A stretch of DNA of 64,000 nt from Lachnospiraceae bacterium UBA1766 (GTDB lineage Bacteria; Bacillota; Clostridia; Lachnospirales; Lachnospiraceae). The stretch spans positions 10,458 through 74,457 of the forward strand of contig DCGY01000021.1 of the NCBI GenBank assembly GCA_002314715.1. The letters are read 5' to 3'. Below are positions 37,237 through 48,091 of the stretch, piece by piece. The position numbers were made by a program, and so were the translations under genes. Under the pieces are notes generated by a model. The model was not told where the DNA came from and searched no databases. It worked only from the letters and a program-made list of their open reading frames with translations. The stretch's first letter is position 1. Each line of letters begins with the position of its first letter.

Positions 37237-38499
37237 TTATTCCGCCTTGGAATAAGCAATATTCAAATTCACTTTCCCCGTAATGCCGTCAATGCTTGCT
37301 TTTGAGGTGTACTGCCACATCTGATAATAGCCCTGATACAGCGGAACACTGCGATACTCCGCAAGCCAGATATCGTTTTGTTCTACCCGGGAGGTAATAA
37401 TTTTTTGATGGAAGAAATTACGACTTCCGTAAATACCCGCCTGATAGCCTTCCTTTCGGATCGTATTGCAAAATGCCTCGGTAATATAGGTTTTCGTGGT
37501 TACGTCCAAGGTATCTGCCCGTCCTTTACTTTCCGCTCCGTCCATAATCAGATAGACCGGATAACTGATCTTGTAATGCTCAATCAGAGATACCACCATG
37601 GAAGCTTCTTCCACCGCTTCCACTTCGCTGATTGCCTGGGACTCAAAAGAAATACCTACTGCAATGCCCGCCGAAGCAGCTCCGCGAATATTGGTCTCAA
37701 ACATGGCATCCTCTACCAAAACTCCGGACGAGATGCCCCGATATCCTGCGCGAATGATGGCAAAATCAATCCCTGCATTCTTCACCTGATCCCAGTCAAT
37801 GCTTCCCTGTCGGGAAGAAACATCCACACCGATTTTTGCCCCTCCGGATACGGTCTGAAGCTTGGTAATTTCCGTGGTGTCCGAATCCAGTAAAGCATCC
37901 TGCACGCGATGGTCCTCCACATCGGTGTCCACCTGGGAGGCCTTCTTTATAAGGAGTTCTATATCCTCGATGGCAGAACATTCCACTTTTTCCTTCACAC
38001 GAATCCTGGTCTTACTGACCGGAACATGATAGCCTTCTACCGGCATCAGCTGCACATAATATTCTCCGGGTTCCAAATCGGCGATATAGATTACACCATC
38101 CTTGTCCAGATCCTTAAATTCTCCCTGATCCTCCAGCTTCACGTAAAAGCTTTCGCCGGTAACCGGCTTCCTGTGAATATCCACAACCTGAATACGTAAA
38201 TCCCTTTCCACGGAGGTCATAATCAGGGAGAGATTGTTTTGTGCATTTGTCTGAGAATCCTCTCTCCAGGATTCATCCGGGTCAAAAAACTTATCATCTC
38301 CGAGAAACGCCGACAAATTATTGCCAACCTGCTGGGTCTTTGACGTTTCCTGGGGTTTTTGTGTTTCGGAAACGGGATTGCTGTTTCCGGACTTCTTTTT
38401 TCGAGGCTCTATGGGGTTGGTCAACAACACCAGTAACGCAATGAGCAAAATCAAAGTACCGGAAAGTAAAAATGCGAAGCTTTTTCGCTTAGAGTCCAT
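37237..38499 (-). CDS. Membrane-anchored GH25 lysozyme-like protein, catalytic motif degenerate
   Basis: [24 protein letters not shown]; the DxE position reads IMD. Confidence 0.82.
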   Translation of the reverse strand: MDSKRKSFAFLLSGTLILLIALLVLLTNPIEPRKKKSGNSNPVSETQKPQETSKTQQVGNNLSAFLGDDKFFDPDESWREDSQTNAQNNLSLIMTSVERDLRIQVVDIHRKPVTGESFYVKLEDQGEFKDLDKDGVIYIADLEPGEYYVQLMPVEGYHVPVSKTRIRVKEKVECSAIEDIELLIKKASQVDTDVEDHRVQDALLDSDTTEITKLQTVSGGAKIGVDVSSRQGSIDWDQVKNAGIDFAIIRAGYRGISSGVLVEDAMFETNIRGAASAGIAVGISFESQAISEVEAVEEASMVVSLIEHYKISYPVYLIMDGAESKGRADTLDVTTKTYITEAFCNTIRKEGYQAGIYGSRNFFHQKIITSRVEQNDIWLAEYRSVPLYQGYYQMWQYTSKASIDGITGKVNLNIAYSKAE

Positions 38500-39364
38500 T
38501 TGCTACCTCTACAAGATATTTGCCGTAATTGGTTTTCATCAAAGGCTCAGCCAGCTTTAACAGCTGCTCCTTGTCAATAAATCCTCTCTTGTATGCAATT
38601 TCCTCGATGCAGGAAATGTAAAGTCCCTGTCTCTTCTGGAAAGCTGCTACGAAGTCGGAAGCGTCCAAAAGAGCATCATGGTTACCGGTATCCAACCAGG
38701 CAAAGCCTCTGCCCAAGGTCTCTACGCGGAGGGTTCCTCTGTTTAAGTACTCATTGTTAATGCTGGTAATTTCGATTTCTCCTCTTGCGGAAGGCTTTAC
38801 GTTCTTCGCAATTTCCACTACATCGTTGTCATAGAAATACAAACCGGGTACCGCATAGTTGCTCTTGGGATTCGCGGGCTTTTCTTCAATGGAAAGTGCC
38901 TTGCCGTTCTCATCAAACTCAACTACACCATACTCTCTGGGGTCTCTTACATAGTAACCGAAAATGGTTGCTCCGCTTTCTCTTGAAGCCACCTCACGAA
39001 GCACCTTTGAAAAGCTCTGACCGTAGAAAATATTGTCTCCCAAAACCAATGCCACGCGGTCTTTTCCGATGAAATTCTCACCGATAATAAATGCATCTGC
39101 CAGACCTCTGGGATATTCCTGAACAGCATATTCAATCTTCATGCCCAACTGGCTTCCGTCGCCCAAAAGTTCTTCAAATACAGGAAGATCTCTGGGAGTG
39201 GAAATAATCAATACCTCACTGATACCGGCAAGCATCAGGGTAGATAAGGGATAATAAATCATGGGCTTGTCGTAAACAGGCATAATCTGCTTGGAAATTG
39301 CCTTGGTAAGGGGATATAATCTGGTTCCGGATCCACCGGCTAAAATAATACCTTTCATTTTCAT
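38489..39364 (-). CDS. rmlA: Glucose-1-phosphate thymidylyltransferase
   Basis: [52 protein letters not shown]. Confidence 0.98.
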   Translation of the reverse strand: MKMKGIILAGGSGTRLYPLTKAISKQIMPVYDKPMIYYPLSTLMLAGISEVLIISTPRDLPVFEELLGDGSQLGMKIEYAVQEYPRGLADAFIIGENFIGKDRVALVLGDNIFYGQSFSKVLREVASRESGATIFGYYVRDPREYGVVEFDENGKALSIEEKPANPKSNYAVPGLYFYDNDVVEIAKNVKPSARGEIEITSINNEYLNRGTLRVETLGRGFAWLDTGNHDALLDASDFVAAFQKRQGLYISCIEEIAYKRGFIDKEQLLKLAEPLMKTNYGKYLVEVANGL

Positions 39365-39438
39365 TCCTCCAAAAAATTCGTATTATATAAACGCACCTAA
39401 TGGGAACGATTGGCTCGTCCCCATTTATGGTTGCTTAT

Positions 39439-40524
39439 TTATTTGTTTTCATACATATCGGTGTAGTATTTCTGATAATCACCGCTGGTAACGTTGTTCA
39501 TCCAGTCTTCGTTTGCACAATACCATGCGATGGTCTTCTTAATACCTTCCTTGAACATGGTCTCGGGATACCAGCCGATTTCTGCCTTAATCTTATCGGG
39601 TGCAATGGCATATCTTCTGTCATGACCCTTACGATCCTCTACGTAGGTAATCAGGTTCTTATTGATATGTGCCTTTCTGGGATCGGAATCCGGAAGCATT
39701 TCGTTTAAGGTTTCCAGGATAATCTCGATGATTTCGATATTTCTCTTCTCATTGTGACCACCGATGTTGTAGGTTTCAAACAGTCTGCCCTGCTCCTGTA
39801 CCATATCGATTGCCTTTGCATGATCCTCTACATACAACCAGTCACGAACGTTCTTGCCATCTCCGTAAACAGGAAGATTCTTGCCCTGCAATGCGTTGTT
39901 GATCATAAGAGGAATCAACTTCTCAGGGAACTGATAAGGGCCGTAGTTATTGGAGCAGTTGGTAATATTTGCAGGGAAGTGATAGGTATCCATATAAGAC
40001 TTCACCAGCATATCAGAGCTTGCCTTACTTGCGGAATAAGGGCTGTGAGGTGAATAAGGGGTGGTCTCATAGAAGAATGCGTTATCATCATCCGGCAAAG
40101 AACCGTATACTTCATCGGTAGATACATGAAGGAACTTCTTTCCTTCCTTGAAGCTTCCGTCGGGAAGCTCCCATGCAGCCTTTGCACAGTTTAACATAAC
40201 TGCGGTACCCATTACGTTGGTATTTACAAATACTTCCGGATTACGGATACTTCTGTCTACGTGACTTTCTGCTGCAAAATGTACCACTCTGTCGATATCA
40301 TTTTCTGCAAAAATCTTTGCAATTGCTTCCTTGTCGCAGATATCTGCCTTTACAAATGTGTAATTGGGCTTGGACTCAATGTCCTTCAGGTTCTCCAGGT
40401 TACCTGCGTAGGTCAATACATCCACGTTAATAATACGAATCTCATCGCCGTACTTCTTAAACATGTAATGAATGTAGTTTGAACCGATAAATCCGGCTCC
40501 TCCTGTTACTAAATAGGTTCTCAT
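39439..40524 (-). CDS. rmlB: dTDP-glucose 4,6-dehydratase
   Basis: VTGGAGFIGS, HFAAESHVDRSI, HVSTDEVYG, YSASKA, NNYGPYQFPEKLIP, DRKGHDRRY; start MRTYL at 40524. Confidence 0.98.
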   Translation of the reverse strand: MRTYLVTGGAGFIGSNYIHYMFKKYGDEIRIINVDVLTYAGNLENLKDIESKPNYTFVKADICDKEAIAKIFAENDIDRVVHFAAESHVDRSIRNPEVFVNTNVMGTAVMLNCAKAAWELPDGSFKEGKKFLHVSTDEVYGSLPDDDNAFFYETTPYSPHSPYSASKASSDMLVKSYMDTYHFPANITNCSNNYGPYQFPEKLIPLMINNALQGKNLPVYGDGKNVRDWLYVEDHAKAIDMVQEQGRLFETYNIGGHNEKRNIEIIEIILETLNEMLPDSDPRKAHINKNLITYVEDRKGHDRRYAIAPDKIKAEIGWYPETMFKEGIKKTIAWYCANEDWMNNVTSGDYQKYYTDMYENK

Positions 40525-40585
40525 ATATTTTCCCTCTCTTTTAAAAAGATATTGTATTGTCACAGAAACAGAAAACTGCTTCTGA

Positions 40586-43500
40586 CTAATAACCCAAATA
40601 ACTGATATTTAAGTCTACCTTACCGCTGATTCCTCCGATGGTTCCGGTGTCCTTATACTGCCATAAATCATAGTGACCGGTATAGGTGGGCGTGCTGGCG
40701 TACTGGGCAAGCCAAATCTTGTAATTGCTCAATTCGGAAACATTGATTTTCTCGGTAAACCAGTTTTTGTTTGCATAAACACCGGGGGTATATCCGGCAT
40801 TCTTGATGGTTTCACAGAAGGCCTTGCAAACTGCGGTACGGGTCTGTACATCAATCTTGTCGGCACGTCCGCCGCTGGCTTCCACATCGAGGAAAATCGG
40901 ATAAGAAATCTTGTATTTCTTAATGCGATCCAATACAAACGAAGCTTCGTAAACGGCCTCTACTTCGTCAATCGCCTGGGTGAAGAAGTATACACCCACT
41001 TTTAAGCCTGCTGCGGTTGCTCCCTTAATGTTTTCTTCAAACTTGGAATCCTCAATCAGCTGGCCCTTGGAAGATCCTCTGTAACCGCAACGGATAATGA
41101 CATAGGAAACACCGCTGTTTTTCACTGCATTCCAGTCAATTTTGCCATTCCACTTGGATACATCGATGCCCATGGTTCCGGAACCGGTCACCAGGCTTCC
41201 GTCACTGGCAAAGTTGTATTTTGCACCCTGAATGGTCTGCTCTCCGGTGACCTTCTCGCCCTTGGCATCATAATAATATACCTGGCCGTCAATGGTCTGC
41301 CAACCGGTATAGGTGGCGCCCATCATGATAAAGAACTGGGTTGCGGTATAATAATCTGCATAAACCGCCTCACGGTACTTTTCGTTTTCCAGTACGTATA
41401 CCTGATTATTGTTCATGTCCAAAAGCTTGGTCTCGTAATCATCCTTGGGCTGAGGCTTCACGGTTACCGCACAGGTGGCCTTTAATACCTCCTTGGTACC
41501 TTCCTCCTCGTAAGTGATGGTCAAAACACAAGAACCGGACTTTAATCCCTTAACGGTAATTTCCTGCTTTTCCACAGTAACAAGCGCTACGGAAACATCG
41601 GAGCACTCTACCTTCACGGCAGTGTCCTTGGTAAGAGCCTTTTCAATCTTGCACACCAGTTTTTCCGGCTTATCCACCAGAACAGTCATCTCCTCGTCCA
41701 CTACCAGCTTACGGGGATCTTCTACCTTCACCTGAATCTCCTTGGTGACCTTGGTCTGCTCGGTACCGTTGTAATAGTTGATATATGCGGTCAGTGTGGT
41801 CTCTCCCACGGTAAGCGCCTTTAAGGAAATGACACCGCTGTCATTTACATTCACTTCACCCACATACGTATTACTGCTGAATACTGCATAAGCCAGGGGA
41901 ACACCGTCCACAAAGCCCTTGGCATCCAGTTTGATATCGGTTGTGGTTCCTACGGAAACCGTACGGGATGCTTCACCGGCATCCACTGTTCCGGAACCCC
42001 ATACCGTTACTTCACAAGAACCGGAAAGGACAATTCCCTCCCCATTCTCGTCTGTCTTTTCCAAACGAATAATATATCCAATCTGCGTCTTTCCGGGAGC
42101 TACACCGGTAACCGTACCGTTCACTCCGTTATTCGATACAGATGCAATTGCGGCATCGTTTCCTACGATTGCAACTTCTTTAATGGTCAATGCCCCGTTT
42201 TCATCGGAAGCCTGAATCGTGAAATCCTGTGATGCCCCAACCCAGATTTTAATATCACCGGGAGTTATGGCAGTGGTCATGGACACACTCTCAAGTGCAC
42301 CGCCAAGTTTTACTGTAGCAGGCTCCGGAATCTGGTCCTTTTCAATCTCCGTGTAAGAATTTGCGGAAGCGGTACTTGTTACAAACTCTACCGTATCCTT
42401 GATAGAAGATTCCGTCTCTGTTTCATTCTTCTTGGTATCCTCTGCGCTGACATTGACTTCGCTTTCCTGCTTGATCTCGTCTACCACGTCAACCTTTGCA
42501 TAGACAATCTTCTTCTTAACCTCTGCAGTTTGCGTAGAAGAAGGGAAAACGTAGTTGGAATACTTTGTATTATCAAAAGCATTCATTTTAATCTTATAAT
42601 CACCGCCGGTAAGCTCCTTGCGGTAAATGATACCATCCATATCATCATCTTCCCAAACATCGGTGGTTCCGTCCGGTTTGGTAATGGTTACGGAAAAGGG
42701 TACGTTGGCAATCAACTTACTGCTTTCCCGGTTGGAAAACTTAATCTTTAAATCCTGTTGTACGGAAGTCAAAGACATCGCTACCGCAATGGTATTCAGG
42801 TATTCATTCTCATTGTATCCGGTGGAAGTACCCTGATTACCGGTGGTTTGCTGCTGTTGCTGTTGTTGCTGCTCCTGCTCCTGTCTTTTCTGCTCCTCCA
42901 CACGGGCAATTACCGCATTGGAAATGGCAGTGATTCCGTCCTCGCCGATCATATCGATTTTGCTGATGCTGTTATCGATACCCGCGAAAAACTCCGAATT
43001 GTTAATTTCCTTGGGTTTGGAGAAATACAATCCGGCCACAATCAGTGCCAACGCAACGACGGCCACACCGGTTGCAATGACAATTTTGTCCAAAAATCCT
43101 CCGGATTCCTCCTCGTCGTCATCGGACTCCAGTTCCTCTTCCGGGGTTCTTTTTTTCTTGGGCACATCATCGAAGAAATCCTCCTGCCTGGGTGCCGCAA
43201 CATGTAATTTCGGCAGGGTCTGTGTTTCACCCAATTCTTCCCGGACCTCTTTGTATTCGATCTCACCGGTAAACTCCAGAGCGTCCTGTTCTTCGGGCGC
43301 ATCCTCTTCGTAATACTCTTCCTCGGTGTACTCGCCTTCCTCGGTGTATTCGCCGTCCTCGTAGTACTCGCCTTCTTCGGTGTACTCGCCTTCTTCGGTA
43401 TATTCACCCTCTTCGGCGTATTCGCCGTCCTCGGTGTACTCGCCATCCTCGGTGTATTCACCCTCTTCGGTGTATTCGCCTTCCTCGTAGTACTCGCCTT

Positions 43501-43660
43501 CTTCGGTGTATTCACCTTCCTCGTAGTACTCGCCTTCTTCGGCGTATTCACCTTCCTCGGTGTGCTCACCGTCTTCCTCGTAATTTATATCCTCATCATA
43601 ATCAAAATCCTCTACAAAGGATTCCTCTTCCGGTACATTTTTATGACCAAATAATTTCAT
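40586..43660 (-). CDS. Large membrane-anchored GH25 muramidase with acidic N-terminal repeat, Ig-like region and cell-wall-binding repeat
   Basis: (EEGEYx)n, TM IVIATGVAVVALALIVAGLYF, beta-rich Ig-like repeats, TGWQTIDGQVYYY, GIDVSKWN, PIFLDVE (DxE), WLAQY, WQY..VDLN. Confidence 0.88.
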   Translation of the reverse strand: MKLFGHKNVPEEESFVEDFDYDEDINYEEDGEHTEEGEYAEEGEYYEEGEYTEEGEYYEEGEYTEEGEYTEDGEYTEDGEYAEEGEYTEEGEYTEEGEYYEDGEYTEEGEYTEEEYYEEDAPEEQDALEFTGEIEYKEVREELGETQTLPKLHVAAPRQEDFFDDVPKKKRTPEEELESDDDEEESGGFLDKIVIATGVAVVALALIVAGLYFSKPKEINNSEFFAGIDNSISKIDMIGEDGITAISNAVIARVEEQKRQEQEQQQQQQQQTTGNQGTSTGYNENEYLNTIAVAMSLTSVQQDLKIKFSNRESSKLIANVPFSVTITKPDGTTDVWEDDDMDGIIYRKELTGGDYKIKMNAFDNTKYSNYVFPSSTQTAEVKKKIVYAKVDVVDEIKQESEVNVSAEDTKKNETETESSIKDTVEFVTSTASANSYTEIEKDQIPEPATVKLGGALESVSMTTAITPGDIKIWVGASQDFTIQASDENGALTIKEVAIVGNDAAIASVSNNGVNGTVTGVAPGKTQIGYIIRLEKTDENGEGIVLSGSCEVTVWGSGTVDAGEASRTVSVGTTTDIKLDAKGFVDGVPLAYAVFSSNTYVGEVNVNDSGVISLKALTVGETTLTAYINYYNGTEQTKVTKEIQVKVEDPRKLVVDEEMTVLVDKPEKLVCKIEKALTKDTAVKVECSDVSVALVTVEKQEITVKGLKSGSCVLTITYEEEGTKEVLKATCAVTVKPQPKDDYETKLLDMNNNQVYVLENEKYREAVYADYYTATQFFIMMGATYTGWQTIDGQVYYYDAKGEKVTGEQTIQGAKYNFASDGSLVTGSGTMGIDVSKWNGKIDWNAVKNSGVSYVIIRCGYRGSSKGQLIEDSKFEENIKGATAAGLKVGVYFFTQAIDEVEAVYEASFVLDRIKKYKISYPIFLDVEASGGRADKIDVQTRTAVCKAFCETIKNAGYTPGVYANKNWFTEKINVSELSNYKIWLAQYASTPTYTGHYDLWQYKDTGTIGGISGKVDLNISYLGY
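43322..43576. repeat. About 14 tandem 18-bp coding repeats encoding E[ED]GEY[TAY]
   Basis: CTCGGTGTACTCGCCTTC-type units repeated in frame within the GH25 N-terminus. Confidence 0.9.
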
Positions 43661-43826
43661 TTTGATTGTCCCTTCAATTGCTTTTCCACAAGCTCTTGTG
43701 TATTTACAAGTCAAATTATGCAAAGTTATACGAAATACATTATATCATTCCTGCCTATTTCAGGCAACCAAAATGGGGAAACTTCATAATATCTTAAAGA
43801 TTATGGCAATATCTGGCATATCCGTA

Positions 43827-45770
43827 TTACCAGCCATAATGATTAAAAGGTGATTTTTTTACCGTGGCAGTGGTTCTGTCCACAACAGCCTGATTTTGAA
43901 GGGTTTCCGTGGATGTCAGTAGATTCTCACCACAGCCTACCCACTCCAAATTTTCCAAATCCTTTAAAGGCTGCAAATCGCTGATATAATTATTGGTCAA
44001 ATCCAGCCTTTGAAGTTTCTTTAATTCCTTGGCAAAGTCCAGATGATCGATTTGATTCCCCCGAATATCCAGCACCTCCAGATTCGGGAAATTGGTCACA
44101 AATCGAATACAATCCTTCATAGGAAGGTCCTTCCAATTCTCATAATTGTATTCCCGAATACCCTCTTCCGTATTAAAGGCCTCCCATTCCAGATTCTCCA
44201 AATACAAAACCTTGAGACTGGTATTGGTCTGAACCAGATTCAAATCAATTTTTAACTCCGTATTGTTTAAATTCAGTTCCTCCAGATTCGGAATCATAAA
44301 TAAGGTTTCCGCATCCGCGTCGGTGTTCAAGCTTTCAAAATCAACCTTTCGAAGTTTGTCAAGCTTCGTCAATACCTGAAGAGACATCAGGCTATGACCT
44401 GCACCAAGTTTCAGCTCCTCCAGGTTTTTCATGCACTCCACTTCACCGAAATGATAGTAGTTACAACCATACAAACGAAGGTGGGTAACATTGGGGAAAT
44501 CCTTCAATAATGTAATATCGTTAAATCCTTCCAATGTGAGGGTAGTAACCTTTTTGAGCGCCCGGAAGCTCTCCGGAAGCTCCTGGGTGTAGTAATACGA
44601 AAGCATCAACTCTTCCAGCTGCGTCAAATGCACAACCGGTTCATAACTGTCTATCTGATAACAGTTTTCCAGACGAAGAACCTTTAGCTCCGGAACATTT
44701 TTTAATTCCTCTACCGAAATAATATCGCAGCTTACCAACGTAAGAGCTTCCAGCTTCGGAATGGATTCCAGGAAACGAATATCCCTCAGATTATCTACGT
44801 GCAAATCAATTTCCCGAAGCCAAGGCATTTGGCTCAAAAAAGGAAGTGTCATATAATCATCCGCATCCAAATAAAAGCTTTCCAGGTGGGTCAGCTTTGC
44901 AATTGCCGACAAATCCGGATAGGGCAACTTTTTGGCAGAAGAAATATGAATAATAAAGGATAAATCCGTAAGGTTTTCCAGTTTCTCAATCTCACCGATT
45001 CCTTTTCCGTCTTCATAATATTTGCAATGCAATTTCTTTAAGTTTTTGGGGTTGCTTAAATTTTCCTCTACCTCAATCGGTGTAAAGTTGCAGCGCAGCT
45101 CCTCCAATTTGGGAAATGCGGACAACATGGTGACCTCCGAATGATAAGCCTGAATATGTAACACCGAAAGATTGGGGAAACAGCAAAGATCCTGGTAGTT
45201 CACATTTTTCTCTGACGAAATGGTAACGGTCTGAACCTCTCCGCCTTCCAGCTTGTAATCCACCGTATGATAGCTGTCCTGCATCATAAAATGAGTTAGC
45301 TTGCCAAATTCCTCCTCCGTTAGTTCGGAAGCTTCTTTCCCATAGACCTTTGCCACGAATTCTTCCATAAAGTCCGACTTTATCTTTCTCGTATTGGTGG
45401 TCTGGGCAGATACCGCTTTCCCACCATTACCCTTGCCGGTTTGATTTTTTGTACTTTTGTTTGCGGATGGTATGATGTATCCAAGCATCATACAAAGCAG
45501 TGCAATCAGACAAACTGTCAAAACCAAAATTATCTTTTCCCGGTGTAACATGGTTTTTGTCGCATTCGCCACGCTTCTTTTTGGTCCGGAGGATTTGACA
45601 GACTTCTTTTTTTCCTTGTTTGTCGCTTCCTTTTTGTCCGGCACCGGCACAATTACGTCCATATCCAACAGATACTGGGCATTACAGTAACTGCATTTAT
45701 AAGTGCGCAATCCCTTTTTCTTCAGAAGGGCTCCGCAACCGGGGCACTCCATCTTTACCAGTTTTATCAT
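43827..45770 (-). CDS. Zn-ribbon + TM + leucine-rich repeat protein
   Basis: N-terminal CPGCG..CSYC, TM IILVLTVCLIALLCMMLGYII, many LxxLxLxxN/C repeats (e.g. LEVLDIRGNQI, LQRLDLTNNYI). Confidence 0.85.
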   Translation of the reverse strand: MIKLVKMECPGCGALLKKKGLRTYKCSYCNAQYLLDMDVIVPVPDKKEATNKEKKKSVKSSGPKRSVANATKTMLHREKIILVLTVCLIALLCMMLGYIIPSANKSTKNQTGKGNGGKAVSAQTTNTRKIKSDFMEEFVAKVYGKEASELTEEEFGKLTHFMMQDSYHTVDYKLEGGEVQTVTISSEKNVNYQDLCCFPNLSVLHIQAYHSEVTMLSAFPKLEELRCNFTPIEVEENLSNPKNLKKLHCKYYEDGKGIGEIEKLENLTDLSFIIHISSAKKLPYPDLSAIAKLTHLESFYLDADDYMTLPFLSQMPWLREIDLHVDNLRDIRFLESIPKLEALTLVSCDIISVEELKNVPELKVLRLENCYQIDSYEPVVHLTQLEELMLSYYYTQELPESFRALKKVTTLTLEGFNDITLLKDFPNVTHLRLYGCNYYHFGEVECMKNLEELKLGAGHSLMSLQVLTKLDKLRKVDFESLNTDADAETLFMIPNLEELNLNNTELKIDLNLVQTNTSLKVLYLENLEWEAFNTEEGIREYNYENWKDLPMKDCIRFVTNFPNLEVLDIRGNQIDHLDFAKELKKLQRLDLTNNYISDLQPLKDLENLEWVGCGENLLTSTETLQNQAVVDRTTATVKKSPFNHYGW

Positions 45771-48091
45771 TCCCTACTCCTGTAAAACAGAGAAATCATT
45801 CTCTTTTCTATCCTGCAGAAGATTCGGCGTTTCTTCTGCAACCTTATCTGCTCCAGCAAGGCTCCATGGTCTGCGAATAATTCTTCCAGGTGCTCTGTTC
45901 TCACTTCATCCCTGCTATAACTGCACTGATTCATCCGTCGGATTCCGGCCTCACCGGGCAGGTTTGCTTCCTTTAGTCGTTCTCCGAATTCCATCAAGGT
46001 TTCACCCTCGGCCCGTTTCCGGCCCAAAATAGCCCACAAAGTCTCATTTCTTCCAAACAAGGTAATCAGTTTTTCCCGAGGTGTCTGTTTTTTCCACCGG
46101 CGAACCTTTCGTTCCAGATAAATCGCATACACAGCAAAGGCCGATATACAGAATACCAAAATACCAATCAAAAGTGCAACCGAAAAATCAAAAACCGCAC
46201 TTATAAGCTTCCGAAGCTGTTCCTTCCTGCGTTCCTTGGTCTTAGCCAGCTCCTGCTCCTTCTTTTGTGCCTCCAAAAGCTCCTGCTGTTGTCTTTCTTC
46301 CTTTTTTCTCTCCTCCTGCATTTGCAGGTACTCGTCCCAGTTTTGATTTCCCTGGTTCATTTCGGAATAGGTTTTCCGAAATGCCCAGGAAGAAACAGTA
46401 CGTTCACCAAAGCTTGGAGTCGGCTCAAAGGCAATCCATCCAAGCCCTTCCAGATATACCTCCGGCCAGGCATGGGCCATACCTGCTGTCACCTCTACCG
46501 TTTCCCTGCCGTTCACCGGTACAAAGAATCCCTGACACACGCGGGCCGGATAGCCTTCGCTTTGTGCCAAAAGGGCAAATGCCGTGGCATAGTGCATACA
46601 ATAGCCGGCCCTTGTTTCCAGGAGAAAATAATCCAAAAATTCTTCCTTGCTATCCACCTCCGGGGGGATTTCACCCGGAGACAAGGTATAGGAATAGCCG
46701 GAAAGTTCTCTTTCAAAGCATTTCAGGCGAGAATATCCGCTTTCTACGTTCCCTCCCTGTTCTTTCGCCTTTTGAAGGACCTGTTCTTTCCAAGCCTGTA
46801 CTCCTGCGGAAACGGGAATGGTGGTTTCGTAGGTTTCCTTTTCTTCCTCCTGATTTTCATCCAAAAGCTGAGAAAACAAAGGGTGATCTTTGTTTAACTC
46901 TTTAAAAGTCACTTCGTATTCCGTACCGTAATCATAAACCTCACTGCCCCGGGCCTTGGAAACCTCCGGCACCTCTATGGAACAATTGGGCAGAAGAATG
47001 GTATCACTGTAAAAGCGCTTATAATACACCCGGATTTTTCGACTCTGCCAATAATCCTGCGCATAAGCGGTTACCCTTTGGATTGCATAATCCATTTCCG
47101 CTACATTCATCAATAGATCCTGGTCGGAGACACTTACTGCTTCTCCCCAGGTCCTGCCGTCAAAGCTTTGAAATACTTTGGCACGAAGGTACACCGCTCC
47201 TTCCAGGTCGTCCAGGCCCTCTACCTCCAGCATGACGTCCGGCGATTTGGATACGTTTCCCTCCAAATCACCGCTTTGTTCCAGGCTGTCAAACACCTCG
47301 TTGTAAGCAAACGCTTTCTTCCAATGCAAGCGTGTCATCCATTTTTCAAAGCCAACCTCAACACCCTGCAGCCTTTCCTGGGCAAGATATATGAAACGAT
47401 TGGTAATTTTCCAGGAATAGGGTTCGTTGGGCTTTGGCATTACACCGATGAAAAGCGCATACACAAAGAAAACCGGCAAAAGGGTAAGCAAAAACTGCTT
47501 CTGTCGTTTCCCCGGATTTTCCTTGTCCCCGGATTTTTTCCAGTACTTTCGGGCAATATGGGCCCACAGATACAGAAGGAAAGCCAGGGTAAATGCGCTT
47601 CCCCAACCGGGCAGTCTGTAGGAAAAGAACCCGGCTCCCAAAAAAGCGATGGGCAGTCCCACACTGCACACCCAAAACAGCGCCGAAATTCGCTCCAACA
47701 AGCTCCATATCCCACAAGTAGCCAGTGCAATCCACAGCACCTGTAGCAACCAATACCAAACGTTCCAATCCGGATTGGTTTGTGTTCCTTGCATCAGCCA
47801 ATTCCCATAGGCTCTCCAAAAATCACCGGCCTGGGGAAATCCAATCCGAAGATGAGCAAATAAGACCAATGAAAGGACCAACAAAACTCCCCATGCCTTT
47901 CGAATGCCCTTTTGCGCCATACCGAAATAAAAGCAACCAATGACTGCAGCCCCAAATAACAGGTGGCTGATTGAAAACGCTCCGATTCCACATGGATTGG
48001 ATAGGGCAAAATAGACCGCAAGAAAGAGAAGAAACGTCGATCCTGCGGAGTAGATCATATTACTTGCAGAAGATTCTTTACTGTTTTCCAT
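45767..48091 (-). CDS. Polytopic membrane transglutaminase-like protein (TgpA-like)
   Basis: Multiple N-terminal TMs, YLRAKVF..FDG..W, GYCMHYATAF, HAWPEVY..G.GW..FEPTP. Confidence 0.9.
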   Translation of the reverse strand: MENSKESSASNMIYSAGSTFLLFLAVYFALSNPCGIGAFSISHLLFGAAVIGCFYFGMAQKGIRKAWGVLLVLSLVLFAHLRIGFPQAGDFWRAYGNWLMQGTQTNPDWNVWYWLLQVLWIALATCGIWSLLERISALFWVCSVGLPIAFLGAGFFSYRLPGWGSAFTLAFLLYLWAHIARKYWKKSGDKENPGKRQKQFLLTLLPVFFVYALFIGVMPKPNEPYSWKITNRFIYLAQERLQGVEVGFEKWMTRLHWKKAFAYNEVFDSLEQSGDLEGNVSKSPDVMLEVEGLDDLEGAVYLRAKVFQSFDGRTWGEAVSVSDQDLLMNVAEMDYAIQRVTAYAQDYWQSRKIRVYYKRFYSDTILLPNCSIEVPEVSKARGSEVYDYGTEYEVTFKELNKDHPLFSQLLDENQEEEKETYETTIPVSAGVQAWKEQVLQKAKEQGGNVESGYSRLKCFERELSGYSYTLSPGEIPPEVDSKEEFLDYFLLETRAGYCMHYATAFALLAQSEGYPARVCQGFFVPVNGRETVEVTAGMAHAWPEVYLEGLGWIAFEPTPSFGERTVSSWAFRKTYSEMNQGNQNWDEYLQMQEERKKEERQQQELLEAQKKEQELAKTKERRKEQLRKLISAVFDFSVALLIGILVFCISAFAVYAIYLERKVRRWKKQTPREKLITLFGRNETLWAILGRKRAEGETLMEFGERLKEANLPGEAGIRRMNQCSYSRDEVRTEHLEELFADHGALLEQIRLQKKRRIFCRIEKRMISLFYRSRE

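Noticed and set aside
42843-43313. ORF beginning with poly-Cys (metallothionein- or RiPP-like)
   Set aside because: Reverse complement of the poly-Gln CAG/CAA tract in the GH25 gene.
43322-43576. Possible CRISPR array
   Set aside because: Contiguous 18-bp in-frame coding repeats with no unique spacers and no cas genes.
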